NCBI RefSeq assembly: GCF_001194135.2
Contig: NC_068984.1
Coordinates: 20,228,862-20,292,861 of the forward strand
Reading direction: 5' to 3'
Length of the DNA stretch: 64,000 nt
From: Octopus bimaculoides
Taxonomy: Eukaryota
The notes below the pieces were generated by a model that saw only the letters and a program-made list of their open reading frames with translations, was not told where the DNA came from and did no database searches. Both the position numbers and the translations under genes were made by a program. This document shows, one piece after another, positions 13,330 to 26,832 of this stretch; the first letter of the stretch is position 1, and each line of letters begins with the position of its first letter.

Positions 13330-13490
13330 GTTACAGATCCTGCTATGAGGGCAAGATCATCAGTATATAGGAGTCCTCATGGGCTTCCAGTCTTAAACAC
13401 TTCTGTTATGGCCTGGCGGACAATGATGAATAGAAGGAGGCTGTGGACTGAGCCTTGTAGCAACGGACTATGATGCTGTTGTACCAGGTC
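13330..13490 (-). mobile_element. RTE RT fragment (same family as 3428-4670)
   Basis: Minus strand reads QGSVHSLLLFIIVRQAITEVFKTGSP*GLLYTDDLALIA. Confidence 0.8.
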
Positions 13491-15017
13491 ACTAGCGATT
13501 ACACCTTCCTCTTTGTGTGTGTGCGCATATATTATTGTCAGTTTGTGTTTATATGTACTGCAGTCTGAGTGTACATGTGTATAGTTATATTTTTGTATGT
13601 ATCTATTATGTGTATATACAGGTAGGAGGGGGTAAAAGTCAAAGACTTTTTGATGTTGATCATTGGTGAAGTCCTTTTGCCTGTCTCCTTAACTGATAAT
13701 AAACCTACTACATATTGGATGACTTTTTAATTACACTCTGTCTATAGAAACCTCTGATTATTTTGAACCATAAATTAATTTAGATACTGTTGCTACTTCT
13801 TTTTTTCCCAAATAAACATACACACTATATATTTTTTCTTCGCTCATTTATTACTGTTCTCATTTTATTATTTCAACTCATGTCCATCGTCTGGAAATCT
13901 TTCATCACACATCTGTAACCTCTTCAGTGACACTTTTCGTTTTTGTGTGTGTTCTTGCTCCACTTATTCCATAAGATCTTCCTATTGTATATTTCTAAAA
14001 TCTTCTATCCTTGTTTAGTTAAGTGCCTGTTTTAGGCCCACCTTCTCATTATTCAATAAATTTAAAAGTAGAACTTGAAAGCAACACTAGCTTAACAAAT
14101 GTCGGCTATGTCCATGCCAACTGTTTACAATCATACCAGTTTAAAATTTTGCCTGATGATGGTGGACTATATATTACTATGTAATCTTTTACAACTACAT
14201 CATCATCATTATTATTTAATGTCCACCTTCCATGCTAGCATGTACATTAAATAAAATTCTACCGAAACAGCCGTTATAAATTTTAAATGCCATTCATGTT
14301 TACTATTTTATATATCTATGTGTGCGTCTTTGAGTTTGTTCTCCACCACTACTTGACAACTAGTATTGGGTTTTTTACATCCCCAGTTGTTTGGCAAAAG
14401 GAGACCAACTGAATAAGTTCCAGACTTTAAAAAATAAGTTACTGGGTTCAATTTGTTCAATTAAGTTCTTCAAGGCAGTGCCCCAGCATGGCTGTAGTCG
14501 AATACCTGAAACAAGATAATCCATCATTGTCTTTATTCCATCAATATTACCATTAATTTTCTGCTTTTGGTGACTCTGATATACAAGCATTCATTCAGTT
14601 TCCTGCAAGATGGTCAAAATTCAATATTCATAACCAACTTCACTATATTCTCTTCAGTTTTTCTATAAATTAATCTTTCTTTACCTGCCTAACTGAGTAG
14701 ACCATATTTTGTTGAGGAGATCTAATAAGATATGTCCTCTGGTTTTGGTAAGAAATTGAAAGGGATAAGAATGAGAATGAATTGGGATAAGTTTTTCTTA
14801 TTTCCTTCATACCTTCAGAAAATAGACCTCTTCTCATCTGATTGGTATAATAAATAAAAAATAATTACACAACAAATGATTTGTGAATACAGGTTTGAAA
14901 TAGGGTAGAAATCAGATATAGAATATAACAGATCTTAATTTACAGCATCAATCAAGGCAAATTTTATGCAAATTTGATTGTGAGGATGCACATTTCTCAG
15001 AGCAAGATATAGATAAA

Positions 15018-15050
<33 letters not shown>

Positions 15051-15314
15051 CAGTATAATACAACTGAAAATCTGGAGAACAGAAACTTGTGGATATAGCC
15101 AAGAATATCAAGGAACAACACATGATTGGTTCCTTATCTTACTTATTTTCTGCCAATCACATTACTCTCTTTGGGAGGAAGTTACTTTTGTTAGCAGACA
15201 CTCCAGCTAAGTTACTTTAGATTAATTAGTAAGCATTTTTCTTGGGCATTAATACTTTTATGGATAAGAATCTAGCTATTTTTGAGCAACCTAACTCATA
15301 TACATGTACAGGCA

Positions 15315-18300
15315 TGATATCCTTTTATTATGGCTACACAGGGCTAAATACAGAAAGTGGACAAAATACAATGTAGAGCTTTTCTTTTGGGGAACAGAGA
15401 AAAAAAAAAAAAAAGGAAGGAGGGTAGAGTTTCGATCAAAAGGGTTCATGAAAAAAAAAAAACATGGGGAAAGCCAATCAATAGGGATCATGTATCACAG
15501 TCAATATAAAAGAGGGGAACAGATTAGGTTTATCCGTGGAGAGAAAAGCCTACGGAAAAGACCACGGTCACCTCAGGCTTTTTTTTTTAAAAGGTACATG
15601 AAAGTAAGTACCTTTTCTCTCTTTGTCTCTTTTTCTTACATGTTTATGCTTAAACTGGTGTTGTCTTTCGTACTTACCATTCTTGCCATGTCTACCCATT
15701 TTTTATTGAAACATTCATTCGATAGCACTTTCCTTTCTATTCTCATCCTCTTTTCAAGTAGTACTTGAAAAAGTTGACGAGAGACTGACCAGAGAGGAAA
15801 GTGTTTGTTTGTAAACCTTTCAAACGCATCTACCACACGCATTCTTTCGCCATAGCTATCAGTGTTATGAAAACTGTTTTTCCTTCCCGTTTAAAGGAAG
15901 GTGGTGGAACAATATTCACAATAGACTCGGCTGACAAGCGGACTTGTCCTACACACAACAGCCGTTCGACAAAGGTCCACAGCTCTGAAATATCTGGAAA
16001 TTGCACAAGTGCGTGCAGAACGGTTTCGTTGCTCTGACTGCATCTCGGGCAGGTCGGTCCGGTGGTTTTCGAACCGTGTCTGTAGATCTTCTCTCGAACT
16101 GGTAGTGCATCCCGATAGCATTGCCAAGCCAGGGATCTCTGGAAGTTATCCATAAGCCCCGGCCTGAACGTTGTCCTGAAAAGACGGGTTAGGAATTTCT
16201 CATCGACACCCAGGTTTGCCTCGAGAGTGTCGTCGGACCTCCCCTCCACTAGTCCTCTATAGAACGCATTGGTCGTTTGGAAGTTGCACAAGTTTGATCC
16301 CGGACGGCAGAGCTGTTGTAGAGCTTGGCGACACTTGCGGTGCCAATTGCCCAGTTTTGGTCTCTTTTTGATCCATGTTTGCAATTCGGTGAGTGAGACA
16401 AGCTGCAGGAATGCGTGCCTCACGAACGGCGCCCACACCTGTTCACCGTCGTCAATGAAGTTCCAGAGATGCCGCAGTCTCAGCGCGTGTCTGCGCATCA
16501 TTAACCACGGCATCCCCAGTCCTCCATCTAACGGATGTTGACAGCAAATGGATCGCCTCACCATCGGAACGCCACCCTTCCACAGAAAGCGGAAGAGTAT
16601 GTGTTCTAATTTCGTGATGGTGGCATCGGGACAAGGCACGACGGTCAGGCGGTAATCGATGACCGATGCGATATACGCATTTGCCACCTCCGCCCGACCC
16701 TTTAGAGACAGCTTCCTCTCGGCCCATGTTTGGCTGAGAGTGACCACTCTACTCGTGATCTTGTCCCAGTTCTTATCCATTTGGAGGTCTGGACTGAACC
16801 AGACACTGAGCACTTTAACCGGTCCGTCCGTCTATCCAGTGTCCCACTATGGAGTTGCTGTTGGACGGTATGGGCTTGCTTCTCCTGGTGCCGAGTAGCA
16901 AGCCCACTGACTTTTCCAGGTTAAATTTGTTGGTCGAGGGCCATCCTTGCAGCCAACACGTTGGTTGCGCTGCCAGTTGTAAGTGCCTCTTCTAGTTTCT
17001 TAACTAAGTCTCTCTCTACTCTATTTCGATCTATCGCTAATTCTTTACTAAACCTAATAGATTCCGATTTAATTGCCATTTTTAGGGCAAACCACCAGCG
17101 GTTGTTAACGATGGCTCCTTAATTAACTCGCTAATCCGGTTCCTGTAAACCTGCTGCACTAAGAGCGAAGCGTTTAGTTTCCAGTAACTGGGACCCTGCC
17201 TATGTGTCTTATCTAAGTCGAGCGTACATGTCACAAATTTGTGATGTGTAGCTGACTATTTTAAATTGTGGACATCCTACACTATCTNNNNNNNNNNGTC
17301 ACAAATTTGTGATGTGTAGCTGACTATTTTAAATTGTGGACATCCTACACTATCTCTATCCGCTGTCCTACATAGAACTCTATCTAGATACGATCTCGAC
17401 GATCTGACGCAGTTTATCCAAGTCCACATTGGCACATTTGGATGGTCGAGTCGGAACCTGTCAGACAAATGGAAACGTCTAAGCAGGTCTTTGAGGCACT
17501 TACATCCCCTTCTATTCCTATCCATTCCCACATAGTCTACATGCGTGTCCAAGGTAGTGTTCTAGTCCCCTACTAACACTAAAGTCCAAGACGTTCCTAG
17601 GAAAACCTCTAGACATCTGAAGAAATCCGCCCGACCCATTAAAGACAGTGCATACACTGCCATCAGATGAAAAGCACACCCATTTCTGCCATCAGCGTCC
17701 AAGACAACCAGCCTACCCTCCGGGTCTAGGAATATTGTTCTTACTTTTAGGTTTAGACTCTTCCGAAAAAGCACTGCAGTACCACCACCACCCATGTTTG
17801 GCAGACGGAGAAAAATAAATGTCGAAATGTCCACCAAACATGGACTTGGGGGCCCGCGGGTCTGGTTTCACTGATAGCTATTATATCAATGTTCAGTGAT
17901 TTGATGTCATTTAGAAGATAACTCTGTTTCCAAGCTGACACCAAGCCACGTACATTTACACAACCTAATTTAAGCATAATTCATGTCAAAATTTGTGTTT
18001 CATACACAACAGTAAAAGAGACAAGGGAGAAGGTTACTTACTCATTTCGAAAGTTTTAGCTTCCTCTTCTTTTGAAGTATCTTGGAGGAGGTTTTTGAAA
18101 AGTTTCTTCGATAAGTATTTTTGGAACCCCGCAACTGCATTCCGAAAGAGGGTTTTGAGTGTGTGGTGCTGCGTTTGTGTGATGTGAACTATCTTGATGT
18201 GTTTCGGTGGTGTAGTGCGTGGATGATTGTTAAGTTTATAATCATCTTCAGAAATGTTTGTGTGAGATATGATGTAGTCCATTAGTCTTGTGTTTTTTGT

Positions 18301-19870
18301 GTCCATCGCTGAAAGCATTGTGTGTGTTTTTGTGATGTTGGTGCTGGTTTGGTTATGAAGGGGCTTTCAGGGGTTACATATTTCCTTGCTTTGCATGCAT
18401 TTAATTTTTGGGTTGTTTTTTATCTTTTTCTTTTACCTCCTGTGGCTATTTGCCATTCTGTAGAACTTTCATCGTTAGACAAAATGTCTGACGAATCAGA
18501 AGGGGGTAAAGGCAAAGCATCTGGTTCTATTTGTGTGTTTGTAGATAGTGTTGTGGTGTGTGGTGTGTGTGTTGTTGGGGAATTGGGAGTAGTATTGGTC
18601 TTTTCTTCGTTCTCAGTGGTTGTCTTCTTGGTTGTTATTCTTGGTGTTGGTGTTGTTTCTGTTTTTGACGCAGGTGGTGGTGTTGTTTGGTTGGGCTGGT
18701 TTGTTCATTGTTGATTTTCTTTCATTTTCGCATATAGCTGTTTGATCAGTTGTGCATACGGTGGTGTGGGTAATAATGCTGGTGTTTTTGGTTTTTGATT
18801 TTCCCGTGGCTGTTGTTGCTGTTGTTTCGCGGCAGAATTACAATCCTTTCGAAAGTGAGCTTCACTGCCGCATATGTAACAGCGTGGTCGTCTGCCCCCC
18901 CCCCCCCCNNNNNNNNNNCCACCACTACATACAGCTTTTGCTCTGGTGATAACTGTATGTAGGTGGGTATTTTGTTTAAGGACTGGGTAATATGGAGAAG
19001 GATCTCCATTTTTTTACCCACCCAATGTTGTTGTTCTGAAACAACAATTTGTAATATGTCGACATCCTCCATGTCGACACATATGGCTGATGTTATCCAT
19101 AGTGTGTCTACCATGGGAGGAATATTTTTTATGATAACTTTTGTTACCCTCTGACCAAGGTAACTCGGTATCATTATTATGTCTTCTGTATTAAGAGTTA
19201 GCGTTGAGAATTGTTTCACTAACTCTTCATTTTGAAATATAACTTGCACATGGGCAAATTTATGCCACCAAGCAACATAACCTTTATGTGCCCATACAGA
19301 GCATAGGCATTTTTCGATCTTGCTTTTTCTGGTTTCCTGGTTTTGGGGTTTAAAATTTTATATATAATTGTCTTTTTGTTGGTGTCTTCTAATATGTCTT
19401 GTGGTATGTTGATCCGTACCTCGTCATTTTCTTTAGTAAGTAAAGCTTTTGCATCTTTTATCTGCTGTGCAGTAAAAGATAGTATTGTCATTTTTTGCTT
19501 TATCGCCTTGGTGAAGTTTGTTTTTATCTTATTGTTGTTCTTGGTGGTGGTGGTGGTGGTGTTGATGGCAGAAGTGACAGTTGTTGCTGTATTTGTGTTG
19601 TAGTTGGCGGTTGTGATGCTAGTGACGCTGGTAGGGGCTGCTGTTGTGACAGTTGGGTGACCTTTTCTTCTGTAGTTTGTGAGGGATACTCTCACACTGT
19701 CTGTTCTCATAACAGTGGCCATTCAACTTTATTGGTATTGCTACAAGATGTTATAGCAGTTGTTTTCAGAACTACAATAGTCCTCTGTTTGAAGTTTTAT
19801 TCAGTCAGAAATTCCTTCTATTAAATATTACAAGCTACTGGTTGGCCTATGTTGAGACTTGTAAAAAATA
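15315..19870 (-). mobile_element. Tx1/L1-clade non-LTR retrotransposon, near full-length ends, frameshifted, RT core deleted
   Basis: ORF1 pieces (19722-18034) with zinc knuckle CYICGSEAHFRKDC (18881-18840). ORF2 starts MLKLGCVNVRGL (17977) with APE motifs, YWKLN linker, then NLEKS, the post-RT region (LSLKGRAEVAN) and a C-terminal CPRC...ETVLHAL motif. AATAAA near 15329. Ends approximate. Confidence 0.9.
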
Positions 19871-20451
19871 CACAGAATTTTCTGTTACATTCAGATCTAA
19901 TAAATGACCATAGAGTTACCCAAACATTCAAAAAATTCTACGGACTGATAAGAATGTTGCTTCTGTTTATATAGCTAAGGTGACAGACATATTACTGGTC
20001 TCTGATTGGTCAAAACAACAGTCATGACAAAACCGCAATTTGAATATATCAGCAAACCAAGGAATCGCCACATTTTCACCAACTGGATGTAAAAAACAGA
20101 ACCGCTTTAATTGCCATTCTCTATATTGTCCAGAAATTTGATCCGCTGAGCATATTAGAGTTACTACCCTTGACTGTTGTTTTTAGATTTTTAAACATCC
20201 TTTGCAGGGTATTTAAAATCTAAATGACTTTTGAAGAAATATTTAACTACTAATTGTTTGGATAATCTCAATTGATTGATAAATTTTCTACTCACTTTTT
20301 GACAAATACATTAATACTAGAATACTCTTCTGAACGTATTTTCACGCCAGCAACATCGCAATGAAGACCAAGTCTGTTACCCAGCATTCAGTGCGGTGAA
20401 AATTCAAATTGAGGCTTTTGAGTGGTTGGCGCCTCGTGTCGAAGGATAAGT

Positions 20452-20494
20452 ATGGCGGCGACTTCATCGTCTCTCAAGGCAATTCTGTCTGAAT
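20452..20494 (+). CDS. ZW10: ZW10 coding exon 1 (MAATSSSLKAILSE + phase 1)
   Basis: ATG at 20452 in a CpG-rich patch, consensus donor GTGAGT at 20495, phase 1 matches the exon 2 acceptor; aligns to the ZW10 N-terminus position. Confidence 0.75.
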
Positions 20495-22731
20495 GTGAGT
20501 ATAATTCACACCTCTTTGATTGTCAGAAGAATTCTTCATTTCTATTTAAGAACAAGTCCACTTTGATTTCAAAATATATCAGCAAATGCTTCTGTTGGTG
20601 ATATATTTTCTAATTATGTCATTCTCTCCCACCCTCATCGCCACTATTGTTATTAACGACCTAAGGAGGGAACCTTATAACGCGATGCTGGACGTGGTAA
20701 AAATAGTTACCAGATTTCCCTCAAAATCACATTGTATTGTCTTAATCAAAGAACAGCGCTTTAGATTGTGTACTTCTACGTTCTCCCTGATAAGACGAGA
20801 TGGTCACGACTGAAATGCCTTTGATCATTACGTTTGGTGTGTGAGGATTGACGTTTGCTGGTCTATAATATTGTTATGACTACAGGTGTTTTCTTCTCAC
20901 TAGAATGTCAGTTAATAAAAGTTGACAGTACAAAAGATGAACGTATATATGCTCTTGTGTCTTTCCCTACTATCGACAGGGTAATCTTGAAGCAAACTAA
21001 AATGTATGTTTATATATATATACATACACACACACATACACTAACTTACATTGGCATTTACGCGCGGGTATCTCTGTCATTACTACGTTACAGGAATACA
21101 ATAACAATTCTTGGTTTTCGTCTAACATTTGGTGCTTGAAGAAATTGCATTAACATTTGACCTAACTTTAAATGCCAAAGGATTTAAGGATGATCTATCT
21201 ATCTATCTATCTATATATATATANNNNNNNNNNNNNNNNNNNNNNNNNNNNNNNNNNNNNNNNNNNNNNNNNNNNNNNNNNNNNNNNNNNNNNNNNNNNN
21301 NNNNNNNNNNNNNNNNNNNNNNNNNNNNNNNNNNNNNNNNNNNNNNNNNNNNNNNNNNNNNNNNCTGAATTAGAGCAACAGATATTTTTATTTTCAAACT
21401 GGTTTTCTAATTGTTTTTAGTAATTAGTTTATCGAAGAACCAATTAAGGGTTATATTATAGTTTTCGTTCATAAAAATTCATCCATTACTTCCGATAGAA
21501 AGCGTTTTTCTGTGGCTGGTGTAGTTGGTAAGACGAATACAGAAAAAAAAAGTTTTGTAGATTAGATAAATATAAATATCTCTAATGTACTTTCTGCATA
21601 GGAGTAGCGAACAAAGTATTATAGCGTGGGACATTTTACTTTTATTCTACCTTTGGTTTTGTTTTTCTTTTAATTCCGTTATTGCTGTTTCTCAATATTA
21701 CACACATATGATTTCTGTCATAACTACAATTTGGGGTCTCCCATTAACTCTTAAGAGTATCATATAAATACGTGTTATATTCCAATAAAATATATTAGGA
21801 AACAAAGTCAGGAATGGGTGAGAACGATTTAAAATTCTTACAAATATTCCTTCTTTATGTTATCAATATAATCGTAATCAGAGTCGTCTAAAATGTGCCT
21901 CTGCAAAATTGCATTTGAAAACAAAGTTATGGTGAAACAAAGTCGGTGGGTGGGCACTTATTCTGACTAATTTATTTGTTTTATAGCACATTTGTAGGCA
22001 AAATGTGGCTTTTTGTTCCTTTCACAAATATATCCAGCAATGCCTTAAATTGATTTAGCTCGCACATTGTATTATATAAACACACATATATCTTCGTGAA
22101 ATTAAGTCTCACTGGCTAATATCAGTTGTTTCCGTCGAAATATGACGACATTGCGATTGAGGTGTCATCGTGTTATCCAATCAATTTAGTAACTGAGCCA
22201 ACACGCGAGTCTCATTGATCGCCGTGTTTACTAATAAATTCAATCAAATTCTCTTCAACTGTTACCCTACAAGTTAACAGACATGAAAAAAGAACACGTA
22301 TACATTATCAAAAAATATTCCTAGATACACTATGCCTGAAAATAATGGAAAGATTCAAGTATAATGCCTTTGATCACTGGCCTGCTCTGTCTGGGAGCTT
22401 AACTATTGGAATATCCGAAGACCGCTCCTAGTTAAGTTGATACTAATTTCAAAATACAATCCAAAGAGTCAATAGTTTCTATTTCTGCCTGTGACGTGTT
22501 CATTGTCAAGTCAGTCTTATTCCACTCTAACAGTCATTAAATTGATCACTACTGAATCCTCAGATTTTGTATATGACTATTCAGCACACTGGGAAACAAA
22601 CTTTGTGTGTGTGTAGTAAGAAGCTGGCTTCTTTACCATATGGTTCTAGGTTCAGTTCCACTGAGTGGCATCCTATGCCAACCAAAGCTTTGTGAATGGG
22701 CTTGGTAGACAAAAACTGAAAGAAGCTCATC

Positions 22732-22762
<31 letters not shown>

Positions 22763-22798
<36 letters not shown>

Positions 22799-23030
22799 TT
22801 CACATCCGCTTTCCATGCTGGCATGGGTTGGACGGTTTGACTGAGAACTGGCAAGCCAGGAGGCTGCACCAGGCTCTAATCTGATCCTCCAAGGTTTCTA
22901 CAGTTGGATACCTTTCCTAACGCCAACCACTCTGAGAGTGTAGTGGATGCTTTTATGTGCCACCAGTACGGAAGCCAGTGAGGCGGCACTGGCATCGACA
23001 ACGCTCAAATGGTGCTTTTTACATTCCTGC
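22763..23030 (-). mobile_element. RTE 3'-tail copy in ZW10 intron 1 (antisense)
   Basis: (CAT)n followed by the reverse complement of the 133-418 family. Confidence 0.8.
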
Positions 23031-23568
23031 GTGTGTGTGTGTGTGTTTATTTATCCACCACCACTGCTTGACAACAGGTATGGGTTTGTGTATNNNNNNN
23101 NNNNNNNNNNNNNNNNNNNNNNNNNNNNNNNNNNNNNNNNNNNNNNNNNNNNNNNNNNNNNNNNNNNNNNNNNNNNNNNNNNNNNNNNNNNNNNNNNNNN
23201 NNNNNNNNNNNNNNNNNNNNNNNNNNNNNNNNNNNNNNNNNNNNNNNNNNNNNNNNNNNNNNNNNNNNNNNNNNNNNNNNNNNNNNNNNNNNNNNNNNNN
23301 NNNNNNNATATATATATATATATATATTAATAATAATAATAATAATAATATGCAATATTCTCATAACAGCAAATTTACCCATCAGTTTCATATAGTTACA
23401 AAAAAGCCAACAATCAGAAAAACTCAACACATCAGTGAACATAAGCTTGTATACATCACGCACACACACTGTTCTTCTGTACAGTTTCTGTTTCCCAATC
23501 TCTACTTATGGAGTGTAGGATTTTGAGATAGCTGTTATAAAATCTCTATAATTTTCATATTCTTGTAG

Positions 23569-23771
23569 CATCTTCAGAAAATTATGACATCACAACCAAG
23601 TTGAATGAGCTGAGCAGAAGAATCAACAAGATGAAAGTAAACATTTATGATATCATCCAAAACAAATATGTTGACTTTCTCCCCCAATTGATTATTGCCC
23701 AAAAACTCTCTAAAAGAGTAGACAACTTGAAGGGGGAGATGAAAACTGTAAAGACGGAAATAAATACTGAG
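23569..23771 (+). CDS. ZW10: ZW10 exon 2
   Basis: ttcttgtag|CA TCT TCA GAA...ACT GAG|gttagt; ITTKLNELSRRINKMKVNIYDIIQNKYVDFLP resembles vertebrate ZW10 ([28 protein letters not shown]). Confidence 0.9.
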
Positions 23772-24070
23772 GTTAGTGTTTGTTTTCTTACCTTCTATGC
23801 ATGATGAAAACTATATTTGTTCACTCTAACATCTCCTTTTCCATCCTGACATGACTTGAACAAAGACTAATTTGGGGCAGTATTTTATGGCCTGATAGTC
23901 TTCCTCTGTGCCAACCCATACATTTTCTTCAAGTATATGTATGTTCCACTTGTCCTCACAAAATTCAGAACTACAGGACATTGTTTATAGGTGATATGAA
24001 TTTGACATTACTGTTTTCTTTTGTCATATAAAGAGGTAGAATGTAAACATATGCACACATAAATGTGTGT

Positions 24071-24353
24071 GCGAGCGAGATCATTGCCAGTGCCCCTGGA
24101 CTGGCTTGTGCGGATGGCACATAAAAGACACCATTTCGAGCGTGGCCATTGCCAGTATCGCCTGACTGGCCTTCGTGCAGGTGACACGTAAAAGCACCTA
24201 CTACACTCTCTGAGTGGTTGGCGTTAGGAAGGGCATCCAGCCGTAGAAACTCTGCCAAATTTAGATTGGAGCCTGGTGTTGCCATCCGGTTTCACCAGTC
24301 CTCAGTCAAATCGTCCAACCCATGCTAGCATGGAAAGCGGACGATGAACGATG
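24071..24353 (+). mobile_element. RTE 3'-tail copy in ZW10 intron 2 (sense)
   Basis: Closely similar to 133-418. Confidence 0.85.
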
Positions 24354-25496
24354 TGTTAAGAATTTTCTCTAAACACTTGATTTTTGGTTCAGTCCTATTA
24401 TGTAGCACCTTAGGCAACTGTCATCTATAACCTTGGGCCAGCCAAAGCCTTTCGATGTATCTAGCAGATAGAAACTGATAAAATCCTGTCGTGCATATCT
24501 ATATATGTGTATAACCATTTGTACCTCTTGGCATTGCACAGTAGTTGCAATACAAGCAGGGCCCTTTTTTTCCAGTTTTCTATGATATGTAGGACAAAAA
24601 AATGTATCTTTGCATGGAAACAGGTGAAGTTTGAACAAAGATCTACCTGAACAGATTCCATTTGATCCTTGTAAGCATGAAAAGGTGGATGTTAAAACAG
24701 TTATCCACACATACACACAATGGTTATGTGGTTGCAAAGTTTTCTCCACATCCATGTGATTTCAGATGTGGTGTATAGCTTCAGGCCAACTGTCTTGTGA
24801 GTGGAATTGCTAGGAGGAAAGTATGTGTTTGTGAATGTCATTCCACACGTCACCCACATACACTGACTGAAAGCAGTGCCTTTGTAAGCAAAAATCCCAC
24901 TCTTGATATACAAGGATCAGTGAAATGAAAAAATACATTATTTGGAAAACTGATTGAAGTTGGTGACAGAAAGAACATCCAGCTGTAGAAATTTTGCCTC
25001 CACAAGCAAAATTTTGTTTCATCTGTGCTATCAAAGAAATTGTGCTTTAAACCAAATCTCTCTTAAATTATACGTTACTGTCTTCATAAAAATCACACTA
25101 GATAATATAGTTCCCGATATGCAAAAAGACAGGATGGTCATAGCTGGAATGCCTGTAATCATAGGTTTTACTCAATCACGGTTAACCTTGAGCTAAACAA
25201 TAACTGAAAGAAAGACTGTGAAGTCACTGGTCTATCTTGTATTTGTAATTGAAACAAGATGTAGTGGTTAGCATTTATTGAAAATATGTTTGTTTTCATT
25301 ATAATTTTATAGTTTAACTTCAAGTGTTAATTTGTTTTCTTTATTGTTTAATTGTAAAGTTGTTCTACCTGTGTTATGGGCATGTGGCAAAATAGATTAT
25401 TAATTAGAGTAAATATTTAATACAGTAATTTGAATAATAAGATTTGTGTGTTGTCATATACAAAAACATAATTGCAATTTCTACTTTGTCTTTCAG

Positions 25497-26632
25497 ATTA
25501 GTTCCCAATTGAATAAATCAAATAATCAGTTTCAAAAATTGTCCAGCCAACGAGAGGAAGCAACATTAACACTGTCTTTTCTCGAAAAACTGCTCGTTTT
25601 GAATCAGCACCTTGAGTCAGCTGATGAAGCCTTTCGTCACACTAAATTTGTAGAAGTAACTGGAAATTTGCTGACCCTCCAAAAAATTCTTTCCAAGCCA
25701 GTCCATGTGCGCGAGGAGGAAATAAAAATTTTAAAAGCCATCCAAACTGAAATAAAGATTCAGAACCAGAGACTTATTCCAGAACTCAATGAAACCTGGA
25801 AGCGACATATTGTATGGGATGTTCATGACATCAATTCAGCTGAAGGAAAAATCAATAAATTAAAAATAATAATTCCTCCAAAAAATGATAAGATACTTCA
25901 GGAAACGGTACAAGCTATGTGGAAGATTGATATTCTAGATCCGTGGCTTGTCAAATTTGGCAACAACCTTCTTAATTATTTCATTAAGCCAATTATCACA
26001 AATCCAACCAGACTACTTGAGCAATCAGAAGGCAATTGTTTGGCTCTTGCCATAGATCCTCCTACTGAAGAAAGTCAGACCAGTCCTGAGGATGTCCTCT
26101 CTCAAATTGGTGTAATTATGAAGAAACTCAATGAAAATCTCTTTTCTGTTCCTCTCACCTCTTCCAATGATGGTACACAGCCAGCAATTTCTCTGATGGA
26201 ACGTTTTGGTTGCCTTAATTCTCAAGAAATATGTCGAGTAATTGTCCAAGACTGTCTCTTACATGCAATTCCTTGTAATAACAAAGATTTAGAAAAGTTC
26301 AATGACGTTATTGCAGTGGTGAATTCATTTCAAAATCAAATGTCTGACATGTCATTTATTGATGAGAAAATTACCTCCTTGAAAGATTTTATGGAGAATG
26401 TAAATGTTCTCTTTGCAAATAAAAAATGTCAGGAGATTCTTGAAGCAGCACACAAATTAATGACTTCTGAGATTCATCAAACTTTAGTAATATCTAATGA
26501 CAAACCTCTTGGAGAATTGCCTTCACTGGATTCTGAAGCTCCAGCTACTAAGAAAGCCAAGAAAATAGAAATATTGGCTAATGAGACTCATCTTAGTGAT
26601 AATACCTTTAGATTACCTACATGTCATATAAG
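25497..26632 (+). CDS. ZW10: ZW10 exon 3 (1136 nt)
   Basis: tttcag|ATT...ATA AG|gttagt inside ORF 25446-26648; motifs FANKKCQEILEAAHKLMTSEIH and FRLPTCHIS are characteristic of ZW10. Confidence 0.95.
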
Positions 26633-26832
26633 GTTAGTAATGGTGTAAATCACTTTCAAAATTCATTTTCTTTTCGTTAACATTTATGTGTTTCTTCTGG
26701 ACTCCATTTAACTTCAAATCTTTTATGGCCAGCTGCTCTTGTGTGTGTGTTCTAATTTTAACTCAAAGCATTTATCAGCCATTTGTTTTACTATCCTCAA
26801 CTGCGAAATTGCTTATTGACCACCACCTTTAA

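Noticed and set aside
15304-16924. Plus-strand ORFs overlapping the Tx1 element (e.g. 15304-15768, 16269-16541, 18322-18714)
   Set aside because: Antisense shadows of the minus-strand retrotransposon ORFs or of low-complexity sequence.
17230-17355. 58-bp direct repeat in the Tx1 endonuclease region
   Set aside because: The copies sit on either side of a 10-N gap; most likely an assembly overlap artefact.
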